Positions 10,193 to 20,799 of a stretch of 64,000 nucleotides of DNA are shown piece by piece (positions within the stretch are counted from its first letter, which is position 1; every line of letters starts with the position of its first letter). The notes under the pieces were generated by a model. That model ran no database searches, was not told the DNA's origin, and saw nothing but the letters and a program-made list of their open reading frames with translations. The position numbers and the translations under genes are program-made. The stretch is taken from positions 672,001 to 736,000 of the forward strand of contig CAWJWJ010000001.1 of NCBI GenBank assembly GCA_963846575.1, given 5' to 3'. The DNA comes from an uncultured Nitrospiraceae bacterium (lineage in GTDB: Bacteria; Nitrospirota; Nitrospiria; Nitrospirales; Nitrospiraceae).

Positions 10193-11056
10193 TCATCCCC
10201 AGGGATCGTCACCGTCCTGCGAGCGCGTCAGCACCCATTGACGGAACCCCGGGAGGCGAAACGACAGCAGGGCTTGAATCTTGTCGCTGCACATGGAGAG
10301 ATCCGGCGGGCGTGGCGGCCCCTGATAATCGGCCACCGACCCCGGTCTGATGTAAGGCCGGAGCTCAGGATACCAGCGCGCCAGCAGTTCACCGATCTCC
10401 CAACGTGACAGGCGTTCGCAGCCTCCCAGGTGGTAGAGCCCCGGTCGCGGACAGGCGGCAAATTCCCAGAGGGCCCTCGCCAGCGCCCCGGCCGGAATGG
10501 GGCAACGGAACTCGTCCGTGAAGAGCGTCAACGCCGTCCCCTTCGCCGCCGCCCGCACCATGTCCTCCACGAAACTCCTGTCCCTGGTCGGTGACGTTCC
10601 TGCTGTCAACGCGATGCGTAGGACTGAATGGACAGGATTCTGCAACACCACCTGTTCTGCTTCTGCCTTCGTCCGCCCGTACACGTTTAACGGATGGACC
10701 TGATCCGATTCGACATAGTGCCTCTTCGAGCCGTCGAACACTTGATCGCTAGAGAGCAGGACGAAGGGAATGTGCTTCGCCAGGCCGGCGAGTTGTCGGG
10801 TCGCTTCGACGTTGACCCGCCTGGCCAGCAGGGGGTCCTGTTCGCAGGCCCCCGTTCGACTCAATGCGGCACAGTGAATAACAAGATCAGGCTGAATGCG
10901 CTGCCAGAGCGCCTCCACCTGGACGAAATCCGTCAGGTCTGCGTCTGCCCTGGTAATCCCACGCACCTCCCACTGTGATCCCCATCGATCGGCGGACCGG
11001 ACGAGGTACTGCCCGATAAGACCGTTGGCCCCTGTAATCCATGCCACCGGCTTCAC
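10193..11056 (-). CDS. dTDP-4-dehydrorhamnose reductase (RmlD)-like SDR
   Basis: TGANGLIG, SSDQVFDG, YGRTK; GTG start overlaps the upstream stop. Confidence 0.8.
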   Translation of the reverse strand: MKPVAWITGANGLIGQYLVRSADRWGSQWEVRGITRADADLTDFVQVEALWQRIQPDLVIHCAALSRTGACEQDPLLARRVNVEATRQLAGLAKHIPFVLLSSDQVFDGSKRHYVESDQVHPLNVYGRTKAEAEQVVLQNPVHSVLRIALTAGTSPTRDRSFVEDMVRAAAKGTALTLFTDEFRCPIPAGALARALWEFAACPRPGLYHLGGCERLSRWEIGELLARWYPELRPYIRPGSVADYQGPPRPPDLSMCSDKIQALLSFRLPGFRQWVLTRSQDGDDPWG

Positions 11057-11724
11057 GATACGCCTCGTCCGAGACGACGAATCGTCGGCACGTCGAGCAC
11101 TCGGGTGGTGGCCGGCGGCTGTTCGATGGACCAGACCATGGCCGCGAGCATGTCGCGAAGCGTGACCAGACCCAATCGCGTCGCCGCCTCGCTGGTGCCC
11201 GGCAACAGCTCCAGCAGGCGGTAAAGCGGCTGCAGCGCCAGCGGCCACCAATGACCGGGGCCAAGCACGTACCAGGGCCGGATGATGGTGGCGATGAGCC
11301 CGGCTTCGGCGATGGCCGCCTCGCACTGAGTCCGCACGTCGATATAATCCTGCATGATGGGCGCGGGATGCGCCACACTGACGTAGAGAAAATGCCGGAC
11401 GCCGGCCGCACGGGCTGCCCGAATCGCGGCCATTGCGGAGGGCCCGTCAATCGCGCGGAATTGCGATCCTTTCCAGGGCGCGGGTTTTGGAACCCCGACC
11501 AGGTGTACGAAAGTGTCAGCGCCTTCCGCCTGCCCGGCGAACGAATGACTTTCCAGTGGATTGCCGACGACCCCTTCGCAACCAGCGGGGATTTTGCGAA
11601 CGGATTCCGGACGGGTCAGGGCCCTGACGTGATGGCCCCGTTCAAGCAGGAGAGGGATCAGCCGGGATCCGACATAACCGGTTGCGCCTGTGACGAAGAG
11701 TCGGTGTATGACGCCCATGGTCAT
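11053..11724 (-). CDS. NAD(P)-binding epimerase/dehydratase family protein
   Basis: TGATGYVG Rossmann motif. Confidence 0.82.
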   Translation of the reverse strand: MTMGVIHRLFVTGATGYVGSRLIPLLLERGHHVRALTRPESVRKIPAGCEGVVGNPLESHSFAGQAEGADTFVHLVGVPKPAPWKGSQFRAIDGPSAMAAIRAARAAGVRHFLYVSVAHPAPIMQDYIDVRTQCEAAIAEAGLIATIIRPWYVLGPGHWWPLALQPLYRLLELLPGTSEAATRLGLVTLRDMLAAMVWSIEQPPATTRVLDVPTIRRLGRGVS

Positions 11725-12983
11725 GGCTCTGAAAAGATGGCGGGTGGGCCCATTATGAAAGCCGCCCAGTCCGCCCTGCGCGTCATGGCGTCGCGGCCGG
11801 CTGAGACGAGACGCGCGGCCGCCTCAATCAGGAGGGCCTGGTCCTCCGCCGTCAGGCCCAGGTTCGTTTTGATGGCAGTGACCCGCGCGCCGAGCGAATC
11901 GCTCTCCGGCAACTGGCGCAGGGCGATGTGCCAAAAATGGCAGAGCCCTCCGGCTCCAGCGGGCCCCACCTGAAAGGTCCCGACCATGGTGGCATCCTGT
12001 TCAGCGGCAGGAATTCCGGCCAGCTCCAACACATTCCGGCGGTGGCCTTTCAGCAAGGCTGCGGCAGCGGAGAGCGGTTTGCGCGCCCCATTGTTCTGAC
12101 GGCCCGTCGCATCGATGGACACCGCCAGACAACCGCGAGGAAACAGCTGCGACATGGAATGCGCCGAGAGCGCTTCGTTCACGACAGACATCAGAGTCCG
12201 GATACCGAGATTGTCTGTCGCACCGCCATCGTAGGCTAAGAGCGGCGGGTGCGCGGATGGAGTCCCCCCGGCCCCTCCATAGGGAACGGCGAGCGGCTCC
12301 AACACCCCGGGATAGGCCGCCGACATGTACGCGGCCCTGGCCAGACTAAAAGAGGCCAAGGGTCGCTGCAACGCCCTGAACCCTTCATCGGAAATAATGA
12401 ACGGTTCCCCCGTGACTGCATCGGTCGCATTCATCAGCAGGATGGGTTTCGAGGGATTGAGATCGGCAAAGGTGGCGCCGCGAAAGAGCCGGTCGTCCAG
12501 GACCTGAATGACCTGCTCGGCAGGAATGCTATCGGTCAGCGCGTACCGGATCGCGTTCTTCGGCACTGCATACCAGGGGCCCAGCATCGCGCGCTGAAAA
12601 TCGCGCCCGATCTGCTCCACGAATCCATTGCGAAAACTGAAATCGCGGTACCCTTCCAGCGCATAGGCGGCGGCCGGCAGTGCGCCCCCCGACACGGCCG
12701 ACATGACATCGACCTGATCCAAAAGCCCCACCCGGTCGAGTTCTCGCATGACCGCGGCACCGAAGACGGCCGCACGGCTCCCCCCACCCGAGAAGGCGAG
12801 GCCGATGAATCGGCCGTCGGCCAATTCTCTGGTCCCCAAATGCGTGGTGGCTCTGGTGCTGGAAGGGAGGGACGCGGCCTTCAGGACCGGCGCTGACTCA
12901 ACCGCGGTGCAGGAGAGGGAGAGGCCGGCTACAGCGAACGCCGCCAAGGAATGCCCTATGCGAAGTCTGCGCCACATCCCCAT
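11721..12983 (-). CDS. Patatin-like phospholipase (probable lipoprotein)
   Basis: SGGGSRA, SAVSGG nucleophile, DGG; signal peptide ending LSLSC. Confidence 0.82.
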   Translation of the reverse strand: MGMWRRLRIGHSLAAFAVAGLSLSCTAVESAPVLKAASLPSSTRATTHLGTRELADGRFIGLAFSGGGSRAAVFGAAVMRELDRVGLLDQVDVMSAVSGGALPAAAYALEGYRDFSFRNGFVEQIGRDFQRAMLGPWYAVPKNAIRYALTDSIPAEQVIQVLDDRLFRGATFADLNPSKPILLMNATDAVTGEPFIISDEGFRALQRPLASFSLARAAYMSAAYPGVLEPLAVPYGGAGGTPSAHPPLLAYDGGATDNLGIRTLMSVVNEALSAHSMSQLFPRGCLAVSIDATGRQNNGARKPLSAAAALLKGHRRNVLELAGIPAAEQDATMVGTFQVGPAGAGGLCHFWHIALRQLPESDSLGARVTAIKTNLGLTAEDQALLIEAAARLVSAGRDAMTRRADWAAFIMGPPAIFSEP

Positions 12984-13098
12984 GCATCCATTACGGCGGA
13001 AACCCGGATACGGATGTCCCTGTTCGCTCGACGTGGCCTGATCGAGGCGCGGGGCGCTCTGCCCACGCGCCTCGACATTGCTGAAGCCCCCACACGGA

Positions 13099-14781
13099 CT
13101 AATTTCTCGTCAGCTTGCGATACCGAATGCGATGCGGCTGGTCGGCTTCCTTGCCCAGTCGTTTCTTCCGATCGGCCTCGTATTCGCTGTAATTGCCTTC
13201 GTACCAGACGACCTTGCTGTCTCCCTCGAAGGCCAGAATGTGGGTGGCCACACGGTCCAGGAACCAGCGATCGTGGCTGCTGATGACCGCGCAGCCGGCA
13301 AATCCTTCCAGGCCCTCTTCCAGCGCGCGCAATGTATTCACATCCAGGTCATTCGTCGGTTCGTCGAGGATGATGAAATTGGCCCCTTCCTTCAGCATGC
13401 GTGCCAGATGGACACGATTCCGCTCACCACCCGACAAATCCTTGACCTTCTTCTGTTGATCCGTTCCGGCAAAATTGAACCGGGCGCAGTAGCCGCGGGC
13501 ATTCACTTCGGCCTTCCCCAGCATGATCGTATCCTGCCCCTCGGAAATGATTTCATAGACCGTCTTATTCGGGTCGAGCGTACGATCCTGGTCGACATAG
13601 CCGAGCTTGACCGTTTCCCCGATCCTGATGGACCCCGCATCCGGCTTTTCCTTGCCGATGATCAGGCGAAACATCGTCGTCTTACCCGCACCATTGGGAC
13701 CGATCACGCCGACAATGCCGCCTTTCGGCAGGCTGAACTCGACGTTTTCGTACAGCACGTTCTCGCCGAAGGCCTTGCTGATGCCCTTGGCCTCCACCAC
13801 CAGGTCCCCGAGTCGCGGTCCCGGGGGAATATAGATTTCAAGATCGGCGGCCAGCTGGTCCTGCTTCTGGTTGACCAATTCCTCATACCGATTGAGCCGC
13901 GCCTTGCCCTTGGATTGTCGCGCCTTCGGCGACATGCGGATCCATTCCAATTCGTGCTCGAGGGTTTTCTTCCGTTTGGATTCGGCCTTCTCTTCCTTCT
14001 CCAACCGGTCCTGCTTCTGCTCAAGCCAGGAGGTGTAGTTCCCCTGGAAGGGAATGCCATGCCCGCGGTCGAGTTCCAGAATCCACCCCGCCACATTATC
14101 AAGGAAGTAGCGATCGTGCGTCACGGCAATGACCGTGCCCTTGTACTGTTGCAAATGCTGCTCGAGCCACTGCACGGACTCGGCATCGAGGTGGTTCGTC
14201 GGCTCATCGAGCAGCAGAATGTCCGGTTCCTGGATCATGAGGCGGCAGAGGGCCACGCGGCGTTTCTCACCGCCGGACAAGACGCTGATTTTCTGGTCCG
14301 CAGGCGGGCAACGCAAGGCATCCATGGCGATCTCGAGTTCGCTCTCCAGTTCCCACCCGTTCGCCGCTTCGATCTTTTCCTGCAGCTGGGCCTGCTTGTC
14401 GATGAGCTTCTCCATTTCATCAGGACCCGCCTCACCCATGCTATTGCTGACCGCCTCGTATTCGTGGAGCAGCGCCACCAGTTCCTTTTTCCCCTCCTCG
14501 ACGACTTCCTTGACCGTTTTGTTGGGATCGAGCTGCGGCTCCTGCTCCAGCAGCCCGACGCTGTACCCCTTGGATCGCGTGATTTCGCCGACATAATTCG
14601 GATCGATCCCGGCAATGATCTTCAGGAGCGAGCTTTTCCCGGATCCGTTCAGGCCCAGCACCCCGATCTTGGCGCCGTAGTAGAAGCCGAGGTAGATATC
14701 TCGCAACACCTGTCGTTTCGGCGGATAGACCTTGCCGACCCCGACCAGAGAAAAAATGACTTGCTTATCGTTCGTCGCCAT
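13099..14781 (-). CDS. ettA: ABC-F translational throttle EttA
   Basis: Two ABC cassettes ([16 protein letters not shown]), [19 protein letters not shown] linker, HRIRYRKL C-terminus. Confidence 0.93.
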   Translation of the reverse strand: MATNDKQVIFSLVGVGKVYPPKRQVLRDIYLGFYYGAKIGVLGLNGSGKSSLLKIIAGIDPNYVGEITRSKGYSVGLLEQEPQLDPNKTVKEVVEEGKKELVALLHEYEAVSNSMGEAGPDEMEKLIDKQAQLQEKIEAANGWELESELEIAMDALRCPPADQKISVLSGGEKRRVALCRLMIQEPDILLLDEPTNHLDAESVQWLEQHLQQYKGTVIAVTHDRYFLDNVAGWILELDRGHGIPFQGNYTSWLEQKQDRLEKEEKAESKRKKTLEHELEWIRMSPKARQSKGKARLNRYEELVNQKQDQLAADLEIYIPPGPRLGDLVVEAKGISKAFGENVLYENVEFSLPKGGIVGVIGPNGAGKTTMFRLIIGKEKPDAGSIRIGETVKLGYVDQDRTLDPNKTVYEIISEGQDTIMLGKAEVNARGYCARFNFAGTDQQKKVKDLSGGERNRVHLARMLKEGANFIILDEPTNDLDVNTLRALEEGLEGFAGCAVISSHDRWFLDRVATHILAFEGDSKVVWYEGNYSEYEADRKKRLGKEADQPHRIRYRKLTRN

Positions 14782-14928
14782 AGCCATCCTCGGTTGAATT
14801 TGAACCAGCCGGTCACCTTAACAAAGAGCGCACAGCCGGCACAACCGGTACCGGCGCAGTGGCGGCCGGAAGGAAGGGTTTGGGGTTGGAGATAGACAAC
14901 CGGCAGAACTTTGGGGGGAGGTCTTCCG

Positions 14929-15651
14929 ATGAGTAATCTCAGACTGTCGAACGGGTCTGACCGCAGGGGGCTGCTAGTGGCGCTGGTGATGGGCCTGCTC
15001 ATGGGTGCCGTTCCTGACGTTCAGCCGGCAGAGGACCGGGAGCAGCGGGACCTGGTGGATCAGTCGCGCATGACGCTGTCCAATTTTCTCGCCGATCCGA
15101 ACATGTCCTGGTTTCGCGATCACCTTAAAGACGCGAAGGGCCTGTTCATCGTGCCGCAGTTTCTGAAGGCGGCGCTGATCTACGGCGGAGCGGGCGGCAG
15201 CGGGGTGTTCCTGGCGAGGGATGAGAAAATCGGGGCATGGAGCGAGCCGGCTTTCTTCACCATGGGGGCCGCCAGTTTCGGACTTCAGTTCGGCGCCCAA
15301 GCGTCGGAGGTCGTGCTGCTTATCCTGACGCAGCGCGGAGTAGATTCGCTGCTCCTGGGGAATTTCAAGCTGGGGGCCGACGGATCCGTGGCTGTGGGGC
15401 CGGTCGGAGCGGGGGTCTCCGGCGCCACCACGCCGAACCTGTCTGCGGATCTGTTGTCGTTTGTGAGGGCCAAGGGTCTCTTCGCCGGAGTTTCCCTGGA
15501 AGGGGCCGCGCTGATTTCCAGGGATGAGTGGAACCGCGCCTACTACGGAAAGGCCGTGACGCCGACCGACATCGTCATCCGGCGCGAGGTGGCCAATCCG
15601 CACTCGGAGCATTTGCGGGAGGAAATCGTCAAAGCGACTAGAACGCAGTGA
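14929..15651 (+). CDS. Ysc84/SYLF lipid-binding domain protein
   Basis: GGAGGSGV, SFGLQFGAQ and KGLFAGVSLEG motifs; signal peptide. Confidence 0.88.
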   Translation: MSNLRLSNGSDRRGLLVALVMGLLMGAVPDVQPAEDREQRDLVDQSRMTLSNFLADPNMSWFRDHLKDAKGLFIVPQFLKAALIYGGAGGSGVFLARDEKIGAWSEPAFFTMGAASFGLQFGAQASEVVLLILTQRGVDSLLLGNFKLGADGSVAVGPVGAGVSGATTPNLSADLLSFVRAKGLFAGVSLEGAALISRDEWNRAYYGKAVTPTDIVIRREVANPHSEHLREEIVKATRTQ

Positions 15652-15708
15652 TGCTGCCGTACCAATGGGCGCCGAACGGGAGGCAGACGCAAGGGTCCGC
15701 GCGGTAAT

Positions 15709-16515
15709 CTAGAGCGAGTGCAGGGCCTGCAGCCCCTGCCTGGCCTGGGCGGCCATGGCGGCGAGCCCGGCACGCACCTCCTGCGCATTCCGCACTGGCG
15801 TGGAAAACGCGACCCGTCCTCCCTGCATCCGGTCGGCGGTCTTGATGCGGAGGTGAAATCCCAACCGGTCCAGGGCGGTCATCGTCACCTGCTGCGCCTC
15901 CACATTGCCATAGACCCTGGCGAGGAGCAGGAGGATCTCGGCCTGCTCCTGATTTAGTTCTCGAATCACATGCGAGGCCTCGTCCGCCAGCGGGTCCACC
16001 GCCGCCGCCGCATACTCTTCCGGTGCGACCCAGCCCATCGATCCGAACCCTCCGACAAAATAAATGTCCGCGATCTCCATGCGGAAAAATCCGAAATCAT
16101 TAAAGTCCACCCAGTAGGAGGCGTTGGGATGTCGGGCCAGGTAGAGTGCACGAACCTGGGCCACGTCCCCGTCCGGCACCCTGGTCGCCGAGCCCATCAA
16201 TGTCACTCTGGCGGCACCGAGAGGATCGGTTCGGCTTTCCGGCGGGGTCACCAACAAGCTCGCACGTGGATCGCCCAGGAGATTCTGGGTGTGCATGGCC
16301 ATGGTGCTGATCAGGAAAACCGGCCGTCCCTGCTCATCCAGTCCATAAGGCATGACTGATCCGAAGGGCCAGCCCGGTTGCTTCCGCGAGAGGGTGGAGA
16401 GACCGCCCGTTTGCTGCAAGTGCACCAAGGTTCGGGCCCGCTCGGCATGGGACGGTTCAGGAACGTCAGGGCCGTCGGAATCCGGCCCGCTGTTATGCTG
16501 TCTCGCTGATGACAA
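15709..16515 (-). CDS. HugZ-like pyridoxamine-5'-phosphate oxidase family protein
   Basis: GWPFGS, MAMHTQNL and YFVGGFGSMGWV motifs; probable TTG start at 16515 with GAGG RBS (longest ORF extends to 16581). Confidence 0.8.
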   Translation of the reverse strand: MSSARQHNSGPDSDGPDVPEPSHAERARTLVHLQQTGGLSTLSRKQPGWPFGSVMPYGLDEQGRPVFLISTMAMHTQNLLGDPRASLLVTPPESRTDPLGAARVTLMGSATRVPDGDVAQVRALYLARHPNASYWVDFNDFGFFRMEIADIYFVGGFGSMGWVAPEEYAAAAVDPLADEASHVIRELNQEQAEILLLLARVYGNVEAQQVTMTALDRLGFHLRIKTADRMQGGRVAFSTPVRNAQEVRAGLAAMAAQARQGLQALHSL

Positions 16516-16626
16516 TCGTGACCTCGTTTCTATGCGATAGACTGTGCGACACCTTACCTCGGATACGGCGGGAATATCCACCGAAGGCGCGTAGACGGAC
16601 GTCCGCCGTCTGACGTCGTCCGACCG

Positions 16627-16794
16627 TTAAAACCCGCGATCCTCCGAAAGCCGCACTTCCGACTCATCCACGATTTCTTCCAGGCAGCTGAAACAGGAAA
16701 AGGGGAACTGCGTGACCGGGACCGCACAGACTTCGCCCACCGGCGATTCATCCAGCGCCGGGCCGCCGCATTCTTTGTGGATCAAGACCAACAT
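16627..16794 (-). CDS. 55-aa putative Zn-ribbon microprotein
   Basis: Manual translation MLVLIHKECGGPALDESPVGEVCAVPVTQFPFSCFSCLEEIVDESEVRLSEDRGF; GGAGGA RBS; starts about 15 nt after the upstream stop. Confidence 0.65.
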   Translation of the reverse strand: MLVLIHKECGGPALDESPVGEVCAVPVTQFPFSCFSCLEEIVDESEVRLSEDRGF

Positions 16795-16808
16795 CGATGC
16801 TCCTCCGT

Positions 16809-17570
16809 TTAACGGCAGACCAGCCGGCGAAAGGTGTCCAAATGTTCGGGGCTGCTCAGCCGGTGATCGCCGGTTTTGAGCAACAACTCGATGGGAAACT
16901 CCGGGTCCTGTGACAAGACCTGCTGGACGAAGGCCCAGCTGCCCTCCGGGCGGATAACCGTATCCTGGAGCCCGTGGAGGATCGTCGTCTTTACGCGCCG
17001 AGGCCTGATATGCCGTCGCTCCCAGAGAACCTGACTATCTTCGACCCACTGCCAGGGAATCGGCGCATCTCTGTGCATCGGGTCATCGTCCCAGGGCATC
17101 GATCCTGTCGCCTGCCAGCGCTCCCGCCGTTCGGCGGAAATTTGCGAGGCGCGGACGTCCATCATGTTGAAGGCCGGAGCGATGAGAATCAGCTCTTCGA
17201 CGATCTGTTGCTCCTGCGCCACCAGCCAGGCGAGCCAGCCGCCCAACGAATTGCCAACGATGGTCAGCGGCGGCCCATCAGCGACAAGCTTGGATACGGC
17301 GTCCGCATCTTCCAGCCACTGGAGCAGACGGTACTCGCCCCACGTACCATCCGAGTCGCCCCACCCGCGAAAGTCGAAGCAACAGAATCCCCAGCCCCGT
17401 TCCTGACACCACGAAGCCAGGGCTTTGCTCTTATTGCCCCATCGTTTGGACAGGAATCCGGTGATGAAGAGGATCTGGCGCTCCTTGCCCGGCACGCGGT
17501 CGCCGCGAATCATTTTCTGATCCGCCCCTCTGAGCTCGAACATCGTGGTTTCACGCGCCATGGAGGTCAT
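16809..17570 (-). CDS. Alpha/beta hydrolase
   Basis: FDFRGWGDS, GNSLGG, HGLQD and GDHRLS motifs. Confidence 0.88.
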   Translation of the reverse strand: MTSMARETTMFELRGADQKMIRGDRVPGKERQILFITGFLSKRWGNKSKALASWCQERGWGFCCFDFRGWGDSDGTWGEYRLLQWLEDADAVSKLVADGPPLTIVGNSLGGWLAWLVAQEQQIVEELILIAPAFNMMDVRASQISAERRERWQATGSMPWDDDPMHRDAPIPWQWVEDSQVLWERRHIRPRRVKTTILHGLQDTVIRPEGSWAFVQQVLSQDPEFPIELLLKTGDHRLSSPEHLDTFRRLVCR

Positions 17571-18282
17571 TTCCGGAAGGTGTAAGGGTCATCAACAACA
17601 GGGCCGGGCAGCCCAGCCGATCTTTCCACGCTTCACGGCGCGCGATCAGCTGTTCGTCCACCCGGGGTTCTTCAAAACGTGCGATCGACAACCCCGCCTG
17701 TTGCACCGCGGCCAGAATCTCCTGCGTTTCGTGAATGGTCCCCTGCGTCCGGTACTGCCGGCCGGCGGCCGTAAAGCGCACGGTGGGGCCGGTCTTCCGT
17801 TGCATGTCCGGGTGCACGGCCGTGACGATGGCGCGCCCTCCCGGTCTGAGCGTGCGGGCGATGCCGTCAAAAAATTTCCGCAGGTCTTGGACGTGGTCCA
17901 GCACCAGCCCCGAGATGATGCGGTCGAAGGTGGCGGCGCCGAAGGGCAGGCATTCGACCGATGCTTGCACCAATGTCGCCGCGATGCCGTCCGGAGTGTG
18001 CCGCCTGGCCCGTTGCAGCATGCCTCGAGACAGGTCCGCGCCGACCACGTACGTCCCATGACGCATTAGCCGGAGATAGCGTCCTGTCCCGCAACCAAGG
18101 TCCAGAATGCGGCATCCTTCAAAGGGCTCCAGCTGAGCCACGAGAAACGGTTCATCGAGCAGCGTGGACGGATCCTCGTCGTCATAATGTTCCGCCCATT
18201 CGTCATAGGCCGACTGCGTGGAGAGGAACTCTGCCGTTCTGCGATCATCTTCCATATTCACCGTCACACATGACTCGGCCAT
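17551..18282 (-). CDS. Class I SAM-dependent methyltransferase
   Basis: YDEWAEHYD, ILDLGCGTG and DLSRGML motifs; start at 18282 or 18255. Confidence 0.85.
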   Translation of the reverse strand: MAESCVTVNMEDDRRTAEFLSTQSAYDEWAEHYDDEDPSTLLDEPFLVAQLEPFEGCRILDLGCGTGRYLRLMRHGTYVVGADLSRGMLQRARRHTPDGIAATLVQASVECLPFGAATFDRIISGLVLDHVQDLRKFFDGIARTLRPGGRAIVTAVHPDMQRKTGPTVRFTAAGRQYRTQGTIHETQEILAAVQQAGLSIARFEEPRVDEQLIARREAWKDRLGCPALLLMTLTPSGNDLHGA

Positions 18283-18286
18283 GGAC

Positions 18287-19000
18287 TCAGGCGAAGGCCT
18301 TGATGATGAACGTGCCGAGCTGCCGCAGCACGGGCTCGGGAATTTCATGGCCGCCGCGGAAGGGATGCCATACCACCTTCATCCCGGCCTGGAGGAATTC
18401 ATCTCGCAACCGCTCCGCCATCACATAATCCAGGATGGGGTCCTGCGTCCCGTGACTCTGAAACAGGGGCAGCCCCTTTCGTTTTGCGAGCAACGGCCCC
18501 CATTCCTGTTTAGCCACCAGCGTGCCGGACAGCTGGATGAGTCCAGCGTAGGGTTGCGTGCTATGCAGCACTGCGTCGCAGGAGAGCATCGCACCCTGCG
18601 AGAAGCCGCCCAGGATCGTCTGTTTGGGATCGACGCCGAGTTTCCGGTGCAACTCATCGAGCAGGATCTTCATACGCTCGCGCGCCTCGGAAAGCCCTCG
18701 AGGGATCTCGTTCGACATATCCCGACTTTTCCCTACGGCTCGGTCGGCTTGAATCCGGGCCATGTCGATCATCCACCAGGCGCGCGAATCGCCGAACCCC
18801 ATGGGAATCGAGATCGGGGCTTCAGGGAAAAGGAAACGTGTCCCGGCAGGGGCATCGAGATATTCCGAGAGCGCGACCAGGTCGTCGCCCGGCGCGCCAA
18901 ATCCGTGTAATAGGAGGACCAGGGGTCCACTGCCCCCACCTTTGCCGTCGGTGCCTCCCGTCAAGCGAATCGTGAGGCCGCCTACTTTGTCAATGCGCAT
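18287..19000 (-). CDS. Phospholipase/carboxylesterase
   Basis: LHGFGA, GFSQG, HGTQD and GGHEIP motifs. Confidence 0.88.
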   Translation of the reverse strand: MRIDKVGGLTIRLTGGTDGKGGGSGPLVLLLHGFGAPGDDLVALSEYLDAPAGTRFLFPEAPISIPMGFGDSRAWWMIDMARIQADRAVGKSRDMSNEIPRGLSEARERMKILLDELHRKLGVDPKQTILGGFSQGAMLSCDAVLHSTQPYAGLIQLSGTLVAKQEWGPLLAKRKGLPLFQSHGTQDPILDYVMAERLRDEFLQAGMKVVWHPFRGGHEIPEPVLRQLGTFIIKAFA

Positions 19001-19054
19001 GGCCCGAAGTCTCCTACGTGATAGTCATTCCCCGCAAAAATGGCGCGCGTTGGC

Positions 19055-20533
19055 TCACGATGAGCAGCTGACGCTGAGATGTTTGCCCCAGTTCGGAGGC
19101 GCAGCGGCATAAGATTCCATCCCGGGCTGTTCGGTGTAGGGGTCCTGAAGCAGCTGCAAGAGCCGGTCGATCTCGGAATAGTCTTTCTGCTGAGCTTTCT
19201 CGATAGCGCCTTGGGCGAGATAATTCCGGAGGATGTACTTCGGATTCACGCGGTCCATTCTGTCGCGGCGTTCGTCGTCCCGACTCTGCTCGAGCTGCAG
19301 CCGTTCGCGATACTGGCCTGCCCAGGCATCGAACCGCTCCGGATTCAAGAAATGCTCCCGAAGCCGTTCGTTCTTCGCGTCCTTGGTGCTTGAGAACGTG
19401 CCTAGCTCGCGCCAGAAGATCGTATAGTCCGCACGACTCCCCACCAGCAATGATTTGAGTTCCTGCAAGAGGTCTTCATCTCCCGCACGCTGTTCGACCA
19501 GTCCGAGCTTCGCTTGCATCCGCTCTCGATAGTGCCGATCGACGCTTTTCTGGTAGCCATCCATGGCCTCCTTCAGCGCGTCTTTGTGCGCGAGCGGCAA
19601 GAGGGCCTGCGCCAGACAACTCAGGTTCCACAGTCCGATATACGGTTGTTGATTGAACGCATAGCGCCCGTTGTAGTCCGAATGATTGCAAATGAAACCG
19701 GGATCGTAGTCGTCCATAAACCCGTAGGGGCCATAGTCCAGCGTGAGTCCCAGGATCGACATGTTGTCGGTGTTCAGGACGCCATGAGCCCATCCGACGG
19801 ACTGCCATTGTGCGACCAACTGCGCGGTGCGCTCGACCACTTCGGCGAAGAAGCGCACGTACTTGTCCGGCGCCTCCCGCAGCTGAGAAAAATGCTGGTC
19901 GATCACGTAATCGGCCAGGACGGTCAGATGTTCATGCTGCTTGCGGTAATAGAAGATTTCAAAGGTCCCGAACCTGACATGCGAAGGAGCCATCCGGACG
20001 ATCGTGGCCGCAGTTTCCACCTGTTCGCGGTACACTTTGTCGTCACTTCCCACGAGACACAACGCCCGCGTGGTAGGGATGCCAAGCCCCTGCATCGCTT
20101 CGCAGCAGAGGTATTCACGGATCGCCGACCGGAGCACGGAACGGCCGTCACCATCCCGTGAAAATGCGGTCATCCCCGCCCCCTTCAGATGCAAATCCCA
20201 GCGTTCGCCGCGGCCGTTGTTCACCTCGCCGAGAAGGATCGCCCGGCCGTCGCCCAGCTGGGGCACATAGACCCCGAACTGATGGCCGGAGTAGAGCATG
20301 GCCAGCGGCTCCATGCCGGGCACGAGGAGGCTTCCTCCGAACACCCCCGCAAACTCCGGGCGCGCTGCTTCAGCGGGATCAAGGTCAAGCAGGGCTGCCG
20401 CAGCCGGATTCGAACTGATGAGAAAGGGCGACGCAGAAAAGGGCGTGGGATTTACCCGGGAATAAAAGGCTTCCGGCAGACGCGCATAGCTATTATCAAA
20501 GGTCAGTGATTCAAGGGAACGGAGTGGCATCAT
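19055..20533 (-). CDS. selO: Protein adenylyltransferase SelO (YdiU)
   Basis: YSGHQFG..QLGDGRA, HGVLNTDNMS and DYGPYGF motifs; C-terminal SCSS. Confidence 0.93.
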   Translation of the reverse strand: MMPLRSLESLTFDNSYARLPEAFYSRVNPTPFSASPFLISSNPAAAALLDLDPAEAARPEFAGVFGGSLLVPGMEPLAMLYSGHQFGVYVPQLGDGRAILLGEVNNGRGERWDLHLKGAGMTAFSRDGDGRSVLRSAIREYLCCEAMQGLGIPTTRALCLVGSDDKVYREQVETAATIVRMAPSHVRFGTFEIFYYRKQHEHLTVLADYVIDQHFSQLREAPDKYVRFFAEVVERTAQLVAQWQSVGWAHGVLNTDNMSILGLTLDYGPYGFMDDYDPGFICNHSDYNGRYAFNQQPYIGLWNLSCLAQALLPLAHKDALKEAMDGYQKSVDRHYRERMQAKLGLVEQRAGDEDLLQELKSLLVGSRADYTIFWRELGTFSSTKDAKNERLREHFLNPERFDAWAGQYRERLQLEQSRDDERRDRMDRVNPKYILRNYLAQGAIEKAQQKDYSEIDRLLQLLQDPYTEQPGMESYAAAPPNWGKHLSVSCSS

Positions 20534-20799
20534 GTATGCTCGATTTCCAGGTGGCTACCGAAAGTTGGCTTCAAGGTCCGATTCCAGCGTAAAGGCGAAC
20601 AACTGCTCCCCCAGCCGGGTATCCCCTTCGTGAGAAGTTGTATCAGATCGTGGCGATGGGAAGACCGATTATAGCGACCCCTTCTCCGATCCTCCAACCC
20701 CTTTCTCCGCGCTCCGTCCACAGCTCACCGGCGCCGCGATAGCGGTCCCGCCCGGACGCGCGCTTGTCGTGAAGTAAGACATGCCCCTCTCGAGCCCCT

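Noticed and set aside
13078..14895. 605-aa + strand ORF, and similar long antisense ORFs over gyrA, gyrB, thyX and ADH
   Set aside because: Shadow frames of high-GC genes on the opposite strand; no recognisable motifs
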